From Camelus dromedarius (Eukaryota), in the NCBI RefSeq assembly GCF_036321535.1, contig NC_087436.1, forward strand, positions 98,644,001-98,708,000: a DNA stretch of 64,000 bases, in the 5' to 3' direction. Shown in pieces: positions 1-13,360 of the stretch. The translations under genes were made by a program, and so were the position numbers. Under the pieces are notes generated by a model. That model was not told where the DNA came from. It made no database searches and was given only the letters and a program-made list of their open reading frames with translations. The stretch's first letter is position 1. Each line of letters begins with the position of its first letter.

Positions 1-934
1 GAGAAATCTAGGCCACTCATATGTGATTTGTAGAAATACATTCTTAGGAATATTTTACCTTGAGTTTTCCTTGATTTCAGTTTGTTCATACAGTATAGCG
101 TTTGCAATATTGTATATAGATCCAGGTATACCCTGATAGTATATTCATAGAATGGACTATTAATACACACTGAAAATATAATACACATATCAAAGAGGGA
201 AGGCTAAATGAGACAAGCTCACCCATCCTAGAGGAGGACAGATTGTCATAGTTCAACTCAACATAGAGTTCACGAAGTAGTTTCTAAAAGTTTGCATTTG
301 TCATATGCTTACTCTGAGTGTCTTTGCCTTCCATCAGATAGATTCTTGTATAGCAGCCCCTTCCTCATGCAAACAGCACTCTGGCCCTGAAACCTCCAAA
401 TCCTCAAGATAAATAGGCAGAAAAGGGCTTTGAAAATGCAACCCATGGCAGAGAAGATGACAAAATTCTTATTAAAGGAATGTATAGAAGTCATGATAAT
501 TGGCATGCACTAATCATTATAGTCTGATAGTCTACTGTGAGACCATCTCCTAATGATGACTCTCTCTTCCTCCTTTGGGTCTTGAATCTGTGACTCCCAT
601 GCAACAGTGGAACATGAAGGAATTGACAGTCTGACATACTTGCCTGGAAACTGAGAACAAGATAAGATGGAAATGAGAGTTGAATGGGAAATGAGAGACG
701 GCAGTTGAAGAGTAGGATAGCTTGGCAGTGAGGGTGGGGAGTTCTCAAAGGTGGGAGAAGGAAGGTAGCACAAAAGTAGAGTAAATATCAGGAGATACAA
801 GGGTTCATTCACAGGTCTACTATCTACTGTGGATGAAAGCAGAATCAATCTCTTTCTTTCTCTTTTTCCTTCTCTCTTCTTTTCCTGAGAGGAAGTACAA
901 ATTGTGTCTTAGATCATGCAAATTTAAAACAAAA

Positions 935-1120
935 CTATCTGTGTTTCCAGTTTCACTACTTCTTACTGACTTGCATAAGTACATAACCTCTCTTTACCTT
1001 AGTTTTCTCATCCATAAAATGGGTAGAATGATAATATTATACTCATAGAGGTGTTGCTGTGATTAAATGAGTTAATACTAATGAAATATTTGGAAGAGTG
1101 CTTGAAACTATAAGTGTTAG
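935..1120 (+). mobile_element. MIR SINE
   Basis: MIR core 'agttttctcatccataaaatgggtagaatgataat...gtgattaaatgagttaat'. Confidence 0.85.
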
Positions 1121-1436
1121 AAAAAATTAAATTACAATTATAATTTCATGGAGTTTTTTCATTCGCTTGTCCAGGTTTTCGTCATCATCGCCTCCTATAT
1201 ATTTAAAATTTCTAAGTGTTTATGACAGGTCCTCTTAAATCCTGCCTAAGGCCTGATAACTTCAAGGCAATTAACCACCAGAATATTGGATTCCCTAGGA
1301 CCATAAATCATGTGAAAATGCCCCTTGTATTATGATTTTTAAGGCCTCAGAATCTGGCAGTCTTCTCTAACAATTTGCCTTTGTATCTGAAACTTCCATC
1401 ATTAGAGTAGGTGACCATTCTAATTTTTTTAATCCA

Positions 1437-1560
1437 CAGGGCAACCATTTAAATTTATATCCAAACTGGGGCACTTTTAAGAATAAAAGGGCATATTATA
1501 AATAATTACACTGGCACAATTGGGGCTGGGAAAATCAATATATATGGTATGGTCACCCTA
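1437..1560 (+). mobile_element. MER94-like hAT-Blackjack MITE
   Basis: Degenerate TIRs cagggcaaccat / atggtcacccta; internal 'atccaaactggggcacttttaag...aataattacactgg' resembles MER94. Confidence 0.75.
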
Positions 1561-1872
1561 GGATTAAATCTCTGTCCAGAGGTCCCTGTTAAAACATAAA
1601 TATGGTACCTGTAAGGGCAGCCTGATTTGCTCACAGGTTCACATAACTCATCAGGTTGACCTGTCAATGAGCTGAATCCAGAAGAAGTAGAATATAGACT
1701 AGGTAAGCCTTGGTCTGGTGTACAAAGTCTTGGTAAAAATAAAAAGCAGTGATTTTATGAAGAGGTAAGTTCAGTAAAGGTGTTTATGTGTGAGACCCTG
1801 AAATAAGGGCTTCACACAGGGATCAAAAGAAGAGGGAAAACGTAAGAGAATAATCTTGGAATAAGACAGCCT

Positions 1873-2290
1873 TGTTGTGTGAGTCAGTGACACAAGGGTT
1901 GGGAAAAAATTTACCAGAGGCCAAGTATAAGAACAGAAAGGAGTCTATTAGGGTACACTGCCACAGAAAACAGTGGGCCACACAGGCAAGAGGTGCCCGA
2001 ATGAGCACTGAGGGCAGGTTATTGGGGTCTTTTATAAGGTCGGGTCACAAGGTGCCTGATCAGCTTGTGCACAAGTCTCTGATTGCTTTCAGGTGAAGTA
2101 AGAGGTTTAGGGTCTGTGAAGGGCAGTGGGGTTTGACTCTGATAAGGTGGGCATTACCTGGGGCTATTAGTTTGCCAGGGGAAACATGCCCAGCAAAGAA
2201 TGTCAGACGTCTGAGAGCCCAGGAACGGGGTGGACTTTGGAGGAGATCAGTTGGCCCCACAAGCCTGAAGTCCACCTCTGCCCCTTCACA
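1873..2290 (-). mobile_element. Solo ERV1-class LTR (family uncertain)
   Basis: TG...CA termini (tgttg / ttcaca), reverse TATA 'ttttataagg' near 2030, degenerate poly(A) signal near 1945, GC-elevated; no clear TSD. Confidence 0.6.
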
Positions 2291-2789
2291 GTGTAACCTA
2301 GAGCAGATGCTGGATTTGGTTGGCAACTCTGACCGAGGTCTGACTCTGAGGCCAAGCCTCAGCTTAAGTACACTTCCAGATTCATGCCTCTTAGACTCAG
2401 TGTCTGAATGAGTTCTTTTCTAAGTAGGTTAACTAATTTGTACTTTATGCAACACACTTTAGGTCAGGAACTCAAATTGCTTTCCTCATTTAAACTGCCT
2501 TCAGGCATGTACTCATATGTACTTCCTGATAAACTTACACTTCTCATAGCCTTATTTAAAGATAAAAAATTTTTTTAAGAACTTGGTTTAAAATAATAAT
2601 GAAGTAAAGAGAGAGAGAGAGTTGTTCCATTGATTTTACTTGAAACTGAAATTAGACAATATAAATGGTAATCATCCCAAATTAGGAAAATATGAAGTAA
2701 GATAACACATGTGAGAAAAAGAGTCAAAGTAGTAACAGAATTTTGTATATTTTTTGGACTCCTGGCCTTGCACCTCTTAAGAACTCTAA

Positions 2790-3245
2790 AAGAAAACACT
2801 GCATCAGATTAAACAGGAAAGGAAGACATTATTCAAGACTATCACAATCAGGGAGCGAGATTGCTTCAGCCCCACTCAAACAAAAGGCAGAGTGATTTTT
2901 AAAAGGTGGAGTGAGGTGACGGAAGAGTACTGGAGGAAATGAGATGGGAGGTTAGTCGGTGTGCATAGGCCATCTGTATTTGCTAATTGTCATTTATCGA
3001 AGTTAAGCTCCTACCTTCCCACAGAGCCTGGAGATAGGGAACTGATCTTTCTTGATTATATTTCAGAGAGATGGCTCCCAAGTCCTTGAGAAAGACACTT
3101 CGGGATTGCAGAAGATTTACATCTCAAAGAGGCAGAGAAAGAATTTATAAATGCAAGTTTTTCTAAAGCAACTGCTCTAAGACAAGTGAGGTCAGAGACC
3201 CATAGTCAAGAAGCCTGCCTGAAATTTACTCAAGCCAAGGAGACT
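2790..3245 (-). mobile_element. ERV1 LTR, MER31/MER67-like
   Basis: 'attaaacaggaaaggaagacattattcaagact', 'gatggctcccaagtccttgagaaagac', 'tttacatctcaaagaggcagagaaagaattt'. Confidence 0.7.
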
Positions 3246-3859
3246 GTATGGCCTGCCTGGAGTGTGTTTAAATAATAATCTAAGTGTTTATGGTTCCTCA
3301 TTGCCTCACCTTTCTTCTTTGATGGACCAGACAAATAGGAGGATGAAAGTAATCAACAAATGCAAATAATCATACAATTGCATACTCAATTAGAGTACTA
3401 TTAATAGTTTTATATTGTTTTAACCCTCTCCACACTTTGAGATCATTTCCTAAAACAACTTTCTTTTGTAAATTTCCAAGCCATCTTTTGCTCACCCTGT
3501 CTTCATCCTCAACTTCAGCAGTATCCTCTATTCTTTATTACCAGGGTGGCTGTGTTTATGAATAGAAGTGAAAAATAAAGACACTGTAAAGGTTACAGTG
3601 AACCTCTCATGGTAAAGCCATGGTTTGTCAAGAAAACACAGCAAACACATATTTCACTAACAGGACACAAACTAAAGCTTTCATAGGTTTGGAAAATAAA
3701 CATTTATAATGAAAAGAAATGGTCACACTACAAAAAAGGATCTTAACCTAGACATTATTCACAAAGGGAACCCAGAGATAGATTACCATGTTGTTCCATA
3801 TCTGGGTAAACTTTGACTCTAAATTAAATCATGATTTTATTTTAATTTTCATATTTCAA

Positions 3860-4312
3860 AAAACCAAAATGTGAGCAATGTTGAGTTTCAGTTTTATTTG
3901 GAGACTTACTAGGACTTTAGCCTGGGACACAAACTCTTAGATAACTGTGAGGAACTGGTCCAGAGAGGTAAGGGGGGAGGTCAGTATATCTGTGATTTCG
4001 GCAAATGGGGTGTTTGCAATCAAGCACACACCTCAGCAGAAGGTTGCTGCTAGTCAGGAGGAGCAGATGTCTCTGTTAATGATTTTAGTGCTTTTCTAAT
4101 TATGAGAAGATGCAAGAAACTGGGTTCACAAAATTTTCTCCTGGAAATACCTGACTATCTGAAGGCCTGTTCTGCCAGTTTTTTCAGAACATAGAGTGCC
4201 TCATTCCTGATCTCTGCCCTCAACTTCTTTCAAGGTGTGTTAACGGTCAGCAGCTGCAGTGGTTAGTGACTTCATTTTTGCAGAACCAGATGACAAGTGA
4301 TAATTATTTTCT
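3860..4312 (-). mobile_element. MER41-like (cetartiodactyl) ERV1 solo LTR
   Basis: Resembles artiodactyl MER41: 'ttttatttggagacttactaggactttagcctggga...gaggtaagggggg...agtgcttttctaattatgagaagatgcaagaaactggg'. Confidence 0.8.
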
Positions 4313-4809
4313 AATCAGAACTATAGATTGTTAAATTGAAAAAAAAAAAAACACGAGGCACTCTGAACACTAACTTTGCATTTTACATTAATCATAATGC
4401 CCCCATTTCACTTATGACTATAAATAGCCATCCTTAATAAAAGCACATTGAGGTATTTTTAATTTGAAATTTGCAAAGCAGCAATGTAAGGCCTGGCATC
4501 TTATTTTTAATACACAGAGAGATCGTATATCTATTGAGTACTGTTACATTTCTAGCACTGATATAAGATATTAAGGGATATCAAATAATGGCAAGTCTCT
4601 ATTTTATACTGGTCTTTTCTTACAAACTTTTAATTGTGCTTGAAAAATAAGACTAATATTACTTATCCAAGACTTACTGAGAATGGAACTAAGGAGTAAG
4701 ATGCTGTAATAGATGCGGAAGGGAGTTAAATATGCGATGCTCCTGTCTAAATTGGTCTATATGATAAAAGGAGCATTGGGTTTCCCCTGTAAGTGAGAGA
4801 TATCATTTG

Positions 4810-5130
4810 TATTCAATCAATTATTTCTAGTTTCTAGTATTTATCATCCATCGTGCTAGGAGCTGGAGATACGAATATGATCCCTTCCTGCTGAAATCCT
4901 TTCATCTGGAAACAGGTATTTCAATATAAGTTTATAAACATAGTAATAGACATACAGGGGGACACGATCTTTACGTGAAGAATAAGGGTATCTATCTCAG
5001 ATTAGGGACAGAAAAGTGTGAGAAAAGATTTCCTGATTGGATTAATTTAACTAAATTTTAAAAGATGTTTATTATTTTTCTAGGTGACAGAAGAAAGCAT
5101 AAGTAAAAGAATTAAAGCCTGAAACAGCAT
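4810..5130 (-). mobile_element. L2 LINE 3' fragment
   Basis: 'attcaatcaattattt...gtgctaggagctggagatac' reverse L2 tail. Confidence 0.6.
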
Positions 5131-5911
5131 ACTTTAGGAAGAACATGAGTACAGGGTAAAGTCTGCCTTTGTTCTGGGCTAAATATCTGACATCTTTCAT
5201 GATGGTTATTCAATTAATGTGTTTTAATGAAATCCTGTGTGAATGGATGAATAAATGAATGAGGTGGTAGCATCTGCAGAGAATCCATGTTTTGATGATA
5301 AGATATAATTTGTGAGGCAGGTTCTGGCAGGGATCAGGCTGAAGAGGAAGCTAGAAAGTGCACCACTGATTGCCCCATGTGCCAAATGAAGGAGTGAATT
5401 AGGTTGAGACCTGCTGGAGAAGGAGGAGTCAGTACAGAAAAGGGATATCTAAGTAGTCTGCTCTTAGGTAATTAAGTTTCAGGTACATCCACAAAAGGGA
5501 GAAAACCTTCTTTCTGCAAAATTGTTGATGATTTAGATTACTTTATTAATAATGTCATGAAGCTTCCAGAGGGCAGAGCAGAAACGGATAGGAATGAGCA
5601 CTAATGGTCAATGAACCAGAGCTGAGTAAATCAGGACACTGATCTTAAACATGAGATTAAGGAGTTGACTAGTAGATGGAAGAAAGGGAAGATGGTGCTT
5701 TCCCTTTCTCAGTGATGTGGGGTCCAAGACAGAAGATCAGTTTGGGACTGATCTCAGATATCCCCACAGGGGTTCAATTCATTAATGTTCAAGAACTAAT
5801 AGTGTTCAAGTTGCAGAAGGACTTTGACTCAAATGTCTTTGAACAGGAACTACAGGGCCAGACTTTACAGGGCATTAAAAGAAGAGATAAGACAAATTCT
5901 TCTGGTAACAG

Positions 5912-6140
5912 CAGCTGAGCTTAACTTGGCATTTACTACATGACATGCATTCAATTATCTCATGCATATTAATCCCTCTCATTCTTGCCACAACTCTAGG
6001 GAATAGGTATTATTATTTCTTTCATTTTACTGACTAGAAAATTTAGTAAAAGCTGATGAGCAACTGGCCCAAGTTCATATAGGTAGTAAATTGTACAGAT
6101 GGGATTTCAATACAAGAAGTCTGATTGAAAACACTCCTTT
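5912..6140 (-). mobile_element. MIR SINE
   Basis: 'cacaactctagggaataggtattattatt...cccaagttcatataggtagtaaattg...gggatttcaa'. Confidence 0.75.
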
Positions 6141-7574
6141 GAGTCTTGGTTCTTGCTGCATTAGAAGAAACTTTACTTTGTCTTTGCTAATAGAAACCCC
6201 AAAATATTAAAATTAAAAACAGAAGTTTCATTCCTTTGTATTAAAGCAAAACTTTTTTTATCTTCCTACAACATATTTCCATGTACTGTGTAAGTCCTAA
6301 ACCTTGGAAGACATTTTTACTCTAATCATGTTTTTAACATCTAGGTATGTATTTCATACATGCACAAAATCTTTGTTTGCTTCATTATTTAAAAGAATGA
6401 ATGATAAATAATATAAACACTGGAAATTATGGCTGCTAATGGATTTCACAATAGCAACACAAAATCGTTTACTAAACCATATTCTCACATACAGTATGGG
6501 GTATAGTGTGTTTAGGATTTACTCTCCTCTGTCACATACAGTGGTTGCTTGGGGTTCTGTCAGTATATTATTACCAGCATTGCTGCAAAAGCTGTAAACA
6601 TAAAGTGCACCTAGCTTGCAATAAATCTTCCACACTCTCTGAGGAAGTCAGCAGTATAGTTGAACTCAGACTGGTGGTAAAAAGATCAGCCTTGTCAGCT
6701 GTGACTATGACAGGCAGTAAAACCAGAGCAAAGCTGGAGCACATGGTACATGACATTTTCCAAAACAAAGAAAACCAAAAAAGACAGAGCATTGAGACAA
6801 CACTGGAAATGACATCAGGCCTTCCCTGCAACCCCAGAGATGATCTGTGCTTTCCTTCTTTTCCTCCTCTTCCTCTTAACTTTCTAGTTCTATTCTCTGT
6901 CTTAGTGTGATGCTTAAACCTTCAGTTTACATTTCAGTGCTATGTTCTGAAACCCAACAAACACATATATATACATATTTAAAATTTTTAAATAAAATAT
7001 CTGTTTTTCCTTGAAGAATCACTGTTCATTTTTTGGTTTCAGTTTACTGATAATTTTGACATAATTTGTCAGGTTCTTTCCATTTATAATTAATAGACAG
7101 CCAAATGATAGACCTTTAAGGCTTTGGCTCAGCACTTAAGGATTTTATAAATCATGCCTCATGTTTTAATTGTGATTTATTAACTAAGAGAAGGCTAACT
7201 TTTTGAAACTGGAAATATATATATATCTTTAGCATCTATTGACCTTCATTGTACTAAATAAGGCAAATTTGAAAAAATAATAAAACAATTCATATCAGTC
7301 AATTTTTTTTAATAAGGTAGCTTCTGCTAGTCAGTTTTCATTTGAGAAAAATGAATTGCCATTTTTAGGGGTAGTAAAATACAGGCCATATTTTAAGCTT
7401 CCATGTCTGCAAAGGAAATGTATTAGAAAGAAATTGGTATGGTCCTGCTCTTTCTGTTTGGAAAAGAGGTGTATATTTGAAAGTGCTATATTCCTGCTGC
7501 ATTTCCTTTGCTGTCCCAATTGTAAGATGAAAATTATATGAATACATTTAAAAATGTAATTATATATGTGTTAT

Positions 7575-7920
7575 TTAATGCTGCTCGCCACTAATTCTCA
7601 TCCTCCTCTCCTCCTGGGCATGAGAGGGGATTACATGTTCCCATATCCTTGAAGAAAGTATTACTTTCCTTTGAGCAATGAAGCCTGCCTACAAGTTGCA
7701 GCCTTCCCTCCTGAATTTCTGCAGTAATCATGGTAGTTGATAGAGAGTTGCCACGAGATGAGAGCAGTCCAGAATTTTGTGCCATAAAATGGAAGTTAGC
7801 TATCCTGCAAAGTCACTCAAACTTGACATGGCGAAACATGGGCAAAACATAATCTTTGGCTGTAATGCCACTGAGATTCTGGTGTTGCTTGTTACCACAA
7901 CATAACATAGCCTATTCTGT
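7575..7920 (+). mobile_element. MaLR LTR, MLT1J-like
   Basis: Typical 3' end 'gccactgagattctggtgttgcttgttaccacaacataacatagcctattctg'. Confidence 0.75.
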
Positions 7921-8012
7921 GAGAAAAAATAAACCATCCTGGACTCAATAGCATAAAAATATAAAATGTAACAGATATAGCTCTTAAGATCGTTGTATCT
8001 GACTGGCATCAA

Positions 8013-8240
8013 CAAATGGAGTTCTAGATTTGCAGATACTAACTAATATACATAAAATAGATAAACAACAAGTTTATACTGTATAGCACAGGGAACTATA
8101 TTCAATAGTAACCTGTGGTGAAAAAGAATATGAAAACAAATACATGTATATTCCTATATGACTGAAGCATTGCACTGTACACCAGAAATTGACACAACAT
8201 TGTAAACTGACTATACTTCAATAAAAATATATAAAAAATA
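8013..8240 (+). mobile_element. Young cetartiodactyl/camelid L1 3' end (5'-truncated)
   Basis: 'ctgtatagcacagggaactatattcaat...ctgtacaccagaaattgacacaacattgtaaactgactatacttcaataaaa' plus A-rich tail. Confidence 0.9.
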
Positions 8241-9599
8241 AAGATTAAAAATATACAAATAAATAAACCTAAAAAATGAGCATATTAAAAATTATATACA
8301 TGAATATTCTTAAGGGAAAAGGATCTAACTACCCAGCCAAATTGTACTCATTTGATACTTAATGAACTAAAACGCCTATACATATTTACAAACACATTTT
8401 TTCACCACTAGGACCTATTCAAAGAAGGGTCACATCAACTTCAGTAAGTGGCGGTTGGAGAGAGAGAGAGACTGGAAAGGAGAGAGAGAGAAAGAGAGAG
8501 AGAAATGAATAAGGCAGTATGAACACTGTGGAAAGGTTTTGGGTCATATTCCCATACCTAGAAGCCACACTGGTGTGTAGAACAAAATTCTCACTGACAG
8601 CCTCAAAACTGAAAATCACCCATCTTCACGGATATTCTTGTTATGTCTGTTTTATACCTAGATAATAGAAGAAATAGCTTTGTGGAAGTCATTGATGAAA
8701 CACGGAAAGTAAATAACCAGGGTAACTCTCTGGTGAGTCAAAGCCCTAGTGCTATGCATTGAGTTGTACAGTAAATTCAAAGCCATGAAATGTATACTGA
8801 AGCAGGCTACACACAGTCCTAACTAACTAGATGTATCTTTGGCCTAAAGTATTTAACAAATCCTCAAAATCAAAAGCAAATCATGGGTGATACAATGAAG
8901 AGTGCACTGTGGCTGACACAATAGAGAGCTCTTCCTGCATCCCAAATTTCAACATTCTAAACACCAAAATAGATGATTATTAAGATTACGCCAAATGTAA
9001 ATTTTAAAAAATTGACATCCAGAAGGGTAAAGACTAAATAAAAAAGAAAGAAAAAGAAGGTAGATGCACAATTTCTCCAATTTTTTTATAGAAGCCCAAT
9101 TGTAGAAAACAACAGAAGAATCAATAAAATTATAAAAACAAAAGAAGTCCAAGAAAATTATGCCTAAAAGTTTCCATTTAAATCAAAAGACAGACATTCT
9201 CAAATTTGAAAACATTCAGGAATAGAAAACCTACAAGTTCTTCTTTAAAGAAGAACAGAAATCAGTATTTATCAATTAAATCTAGTCAAACATAAAATAA
9301 TTTAAAAAAACTTTAAAAATTTTGGAATACTAAAGCTATGGTAGAAAAAATGTGGTGACTGAGGAAAGAATGCAATACCAATAGAGAAAAGAAAGAAATT
9401 TTGGTAAAAGAAAACAGCATGAGTAAATCCTGAGAGGTAGGAATGAATGTCAAGTTCAGAAAGGACATTATTATAATTTCTGTGTCTAGGATCGATTCTG
9501 GACAGTGCTGCTATATAAATTTGGAAAGCTGTAGATATAAAATATATTAAGAAAGAAAACAAAAGATTTCTGAGCAAGAGTGTGAAATAAATTTTTGTT

Positions 9600-10232
9600 T
9601 ATCTTAACATATTCTGGAAATTTATGCAAAGTTGCTTATAAAAGAGAAGAAAGAGAATCAGGGAAACTATGAGAAACTATTATTATAGTACTCTCAGCCT
9701 GAGGGTGAGTGAGGCAAGTAAAGACAAGATGAATGGAATAAAGTGATGGATGCAGTTGACACTTAGAAATGAAAAAAAAAAGTAGAAGGGGTGTTGTGCT
9801 AGTGAAAGAGAGAGGGAGTTAATTTGTTTTGTTTTTCATGTGCTGTGTTGGAATCGTGGTACACTGAAGTGGTAATGTTTAGAAGGGAGTTTGAAATATG
9901 AAACTGGAGCTCACTTGGATTTGAAATCTTCAACATAATATTAAAACTTGAAACCAGGGGAAAGGATAAGTTCTTTGAGAGAGAAAATATAAAGATAAAC
10001 AATGAACCGAAGATTCGTTTATACTCAGAGGGTACAAAGAGGAAGAGATACAGGTAAATAATGAGAGAAAAAGCTGTTAAAGAGATAAAAGAAGAAAAGA
10101 AAGAAAAGGAAGGAAGGAAGGGAGGGGGAAAGGAAGAAGAAATTTTAAAACACAGTTTAGTGTTACACAGGCCAAGGACAGAGATTATCTAACTAATGTA
10201 TTGATTGACAGTTAGCACTGTCAAATGCTGAA
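9600..10232 (-). mobile_element. L2 LINE fragment (continues at ~10730-10830 after the LTR insertion)
   Basis: Purine-rich reverse L2 body ending 'actgtcaaatgctg', resuming 'catagag...ccatttggttt'. Confidence 0.6.
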
Positions 10233-10728
10233 TGTCAAAGGGCTTAATCAGGGAAGCAGAACCTCCATGAGTTATGGGGTGAGGGATTGAAAAAAAGGAA
10301 TTAGATCATGCACAGTTGTGAGAGATGAAGAACTACAGGCCTAGAAGGGGAGTTGAAAGATTAAAAGAATCACCAACCACTCATTCTGAGAAGCCAAGCA
10401 TGACCAGACAAAGCGGGGCCACAAAGCTTCTAGGTAAATCTACAGGAGAAGTACATTGGTCCCAAGTCAAGTGTCTGTTTGGAGCCACTGTTGGTTATCG
10501 GGGTCAGCAATCAGAGGAAGCTCTGGATGTGAGTGGAGGTGTCCTATGTCTACATAGAACACCTTACCTATACTTTCATGAAGCAATAGCCACAGCTTCA
10601 CTTCTATTTTTCCAAATGCCTTACAACTATCTGTATAGACTAATGTTCACAAGGAACTATCCAGGGAAGAGGATTCTGGGAAACAGAGTTCCAGGCTAAC
10701 CAAATTCACAATATATAGTTCTAATACA
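10233..10728 (-). mobile_element. ERVL LTR, MLT2E/F-like, inserted in L2
   Basis: Minus strand begins TGTATTAG...TTGGTTAGCCTGGAACTCTGTTTCCCAGAATCC; other end 'ggcttaatcagggaagcagaacc'. Confidence 0.75.
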
Positions 10729-10859
10729 TGCATAGAGATACCAAAGCTTAGGAACACTGGAACTTTCCATTTGGTTTCATAATTAGTAAATGACTTTCTT
10801 GATTGTTCCTTATGTAGATATGTGACAAACTAAGATTTCAAGGAAGTAAAATAGACTAG

Positions 10860-11918
10860 TTTATTACTATATAATATTAATAAAAGGCCACCATATAGAA
10901 AGTGAAAAAAATAATCCACAGGAGAAGATATTTACAAGTCATATGTCTAACAAAAACATATGTTGAGAATTTAAAAAGAACTCTAACAACACAGACAAAT
11001 AACCCAAATCAAAAATGAGGAAATTATTCAAATAAATACTTTCTCCAAAGATATATTTTATATATATATATACATATATAGACACACACATATAGCCAAT
11101 GAGCACATGAATAGATGTTTAACCTCATTAGTAAAATTCAGATCTAAATCGCAACAGGATACTACACTCATACTCATTAGAAGGGTTATAATAAAAAACA
11201 CAGAAAATAACAAGTTTTAGAAACTTTATAAATTGTTGATGACTTTATAAATTTTGGGTAGGAATTTAAAGTGGTTCAGTCACTTGGCAAAAGAGTTTGA
11301 CAATTCCTCAAAATGCTAAACGTGGAGTTACCATATGACCCAGCAATCCAGTTACTAGGTATGAACCCAAGAGAAATGAAAACATATTTACACAAAAACT
11401 TGTACACAGATATTCATAAAAGCATTATTCAAATTAGACAAAACATGGGGACAACTTAAATGTCAATCTGCAGATGAATGGATAAACAAAATTTAGCATA
11501 TATGTAGAAAGGGCTATTTTTGGCAATAAAGGAGATTAAAGTATCAATAAGTACTATCCCATGGATGAACTTTGAAAACATCCTGCTAAGTGAAAGGAGC
11601 TAATTATAAATGATCACAAAATGTATTATGCTATTTGTTTGAAATTTTCAGATTAGGCAATGCATAGAGACGGAAAGGAGATTAGTGTTTGCCTAGAGCT
11701 GGCGGTGCGTGGGAAGAGGAGTTGGAGTGGAGAATGAGAAAGGGGAATGACTGCTAATACATATGAGACTACTTTGGGGGGTTGTTGGAATATGCTGCAG
11801 TTGTATTGTAGGGATAGCTGCACAATTCTGTGATTATACTAAAAACTACTGATCTGTTTGCACACTTCAGCTGGGTAAATTTTGTGGTATACAAAATACA
11901 TCTCAATAAAGCTATAAA
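10860..11918 (+). mobile_element. L1MB-like LINE, ORF2 C-terminus and 3'UTR
   Basis: 'ttaccatatgacccagcaatcc', 'gatgaatggataaacaaaat', ends 'atctcaataaagct'. Confidence 0.9.
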
Positions 11919-12006
11919 ATGGCATTCTGTTATGACTACTCAAAAGAATAAAATTGATCTTTTTGTTTTATTGTTTTTTTAATCTATTTACCCCTTTTCC
12001 CCCTCA

Positions 12007-12007
<1 letters not shown>

Positions 12008-12037
<30 letters not shown>

Positions 12038-12054
12038 TGTATGTATGTATGTAT
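12008..12054 (+). repeat. (TATG)n microsatellite, ~11.75 units
   Basis: Perfect tetranucleotide run. Confidence 0.97.
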
Positions 12055-12374
12055 AAAATAGAATTTTACATATAATTGACTTAGTTACTTGCACTTTAAT
12101 ACTAATTCCTAGCCTTACCACTATCACTTATAAACATTGGAGATGTAGTTGTCTGACATTCTTAGGTGAAATATTTCTGCTCTAATTTTTTGTTTTATTA
12201 TAAGTTTGTATAGAATCACATTCTTTTTCTTTCAGTAAAAGTTATTTGGAAATAGAAGGAAATGGAAAAAAATACCATATTACCATTGTTATTATAACCT
12301 GCTCTAAAATTCTATGTATAACTCCTGTGATCATATAAAGACCAGCTCTTCTGATCAAGGCCCATAGGGAACAA

Positions 12375-12570
12375 ATTTAAGATGGGCATAATAATATTCC
12401 TCAAGTTAAAACTGATCTTGGAATATGGAAGTTAGTACTGGAAGTGTTAGAACAGATCATTAAAAACAAAATTTTACAGATAGCATTGTGTAGATGATAG
12501 AAATAGAAGATACCATTAGGAGAAACTTAATTTAACAAGACAAGATACATGGTGAGACTCTAAAAAATGC
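12375..12570 (+). mobile_element. Possible L3/CR1 ORF2 fragment
   Basis: 'agatgggca...tagaacagatcattaaa...aacaagacaagatacatg' loosely resembles the CR1 RT region. Confidence 0.4.
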
Positions 12571-13219
12571 TGACATTATTTTTCATTATACACACACGGT
12601 ATTGGAAAATTAGAAATTACATGTATTTCTTATATAATTGATTCTTAAATTTTAAGATGATAACATAGTTTGTAAGTTATAAGACTTTATGAAAAAATTA
12701 GAATAAAACAACACAATAATACCTCTATCTGAATATATAGATATTTCTAAAGGCAACTGAGTTGACTCATCATTTTTATATTTAGTAAATTTTTCACAGC
12801 TATAAGTTTACCAAAATAGGTAAAATAGAATAGTTAACCTAGCATCTTTTAAATAACATTGCCTTTTTAACTATTTATTTTCTTTCCTTCATTTTCCCTC
12901 CATTTTCTCCACTAATCAGCCCCAACTATTTTTCTATTCAGTTTGAATGGCCTAGCATTTAGAACTTAAACATAATTTATAACCTTTCTGGAGTAGCCAT
13001 CTTACAATCATGTGGTGGCAATTAATCTGCAGATTATTAATGACCCTGGATGCCTATAACCTTAATTAAAAATGTTCCTTGGCATAGAGAAATGAGAGTA
13101 ATAAGAAACAGTAGAATTTCAATGAAGTTTTTAAAATGAGTATTTTAGACTACTTGCTATGGTTCCTTCATTAAAATAAAGGGAAATCATCTTAAAGTAA
13201 ACAAAAAAGTAGTGTGATA

Positions 13220-13360
13220 ATATATATGTATTATATGTGTATGATTAATGTACATGTGTACATACAATGTACATACATGTGTACAGACGTGTGTACATAC
13301 AATATACATACGTATCTACAGACATGTATGCACATACATACGTTCATATGCATTTGTGTA
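13220..13360. repeat. Degenerate (TA/CA/TG) low-complexity tract
   Basis: 'atgtacatgtgtacatacaatgtacatacatgtgtac...'. Confidence 0.8.

Noticed and set aside
3860..4312. Interferon-inducible STAT1 enhancer in the MER41-like LTR
   Set aside because: MER41 elements can carry GAS sites, but I found no perfect TTCnnnGAA in this copy.
6506..6910. Longest ORF (134 aa, +) with an overlapping 86-aa antisense ORF
   Set aside because: GTG start, no recognisable domain, no convincing splice sites; within chance expectation for 64 kb. The DNA may still be conserved non-coding.
10325..10699. 124-aa ORF
   Set aside because: Lies entirely inside an antisense MLT2 LTR; no protein similarity recognised.
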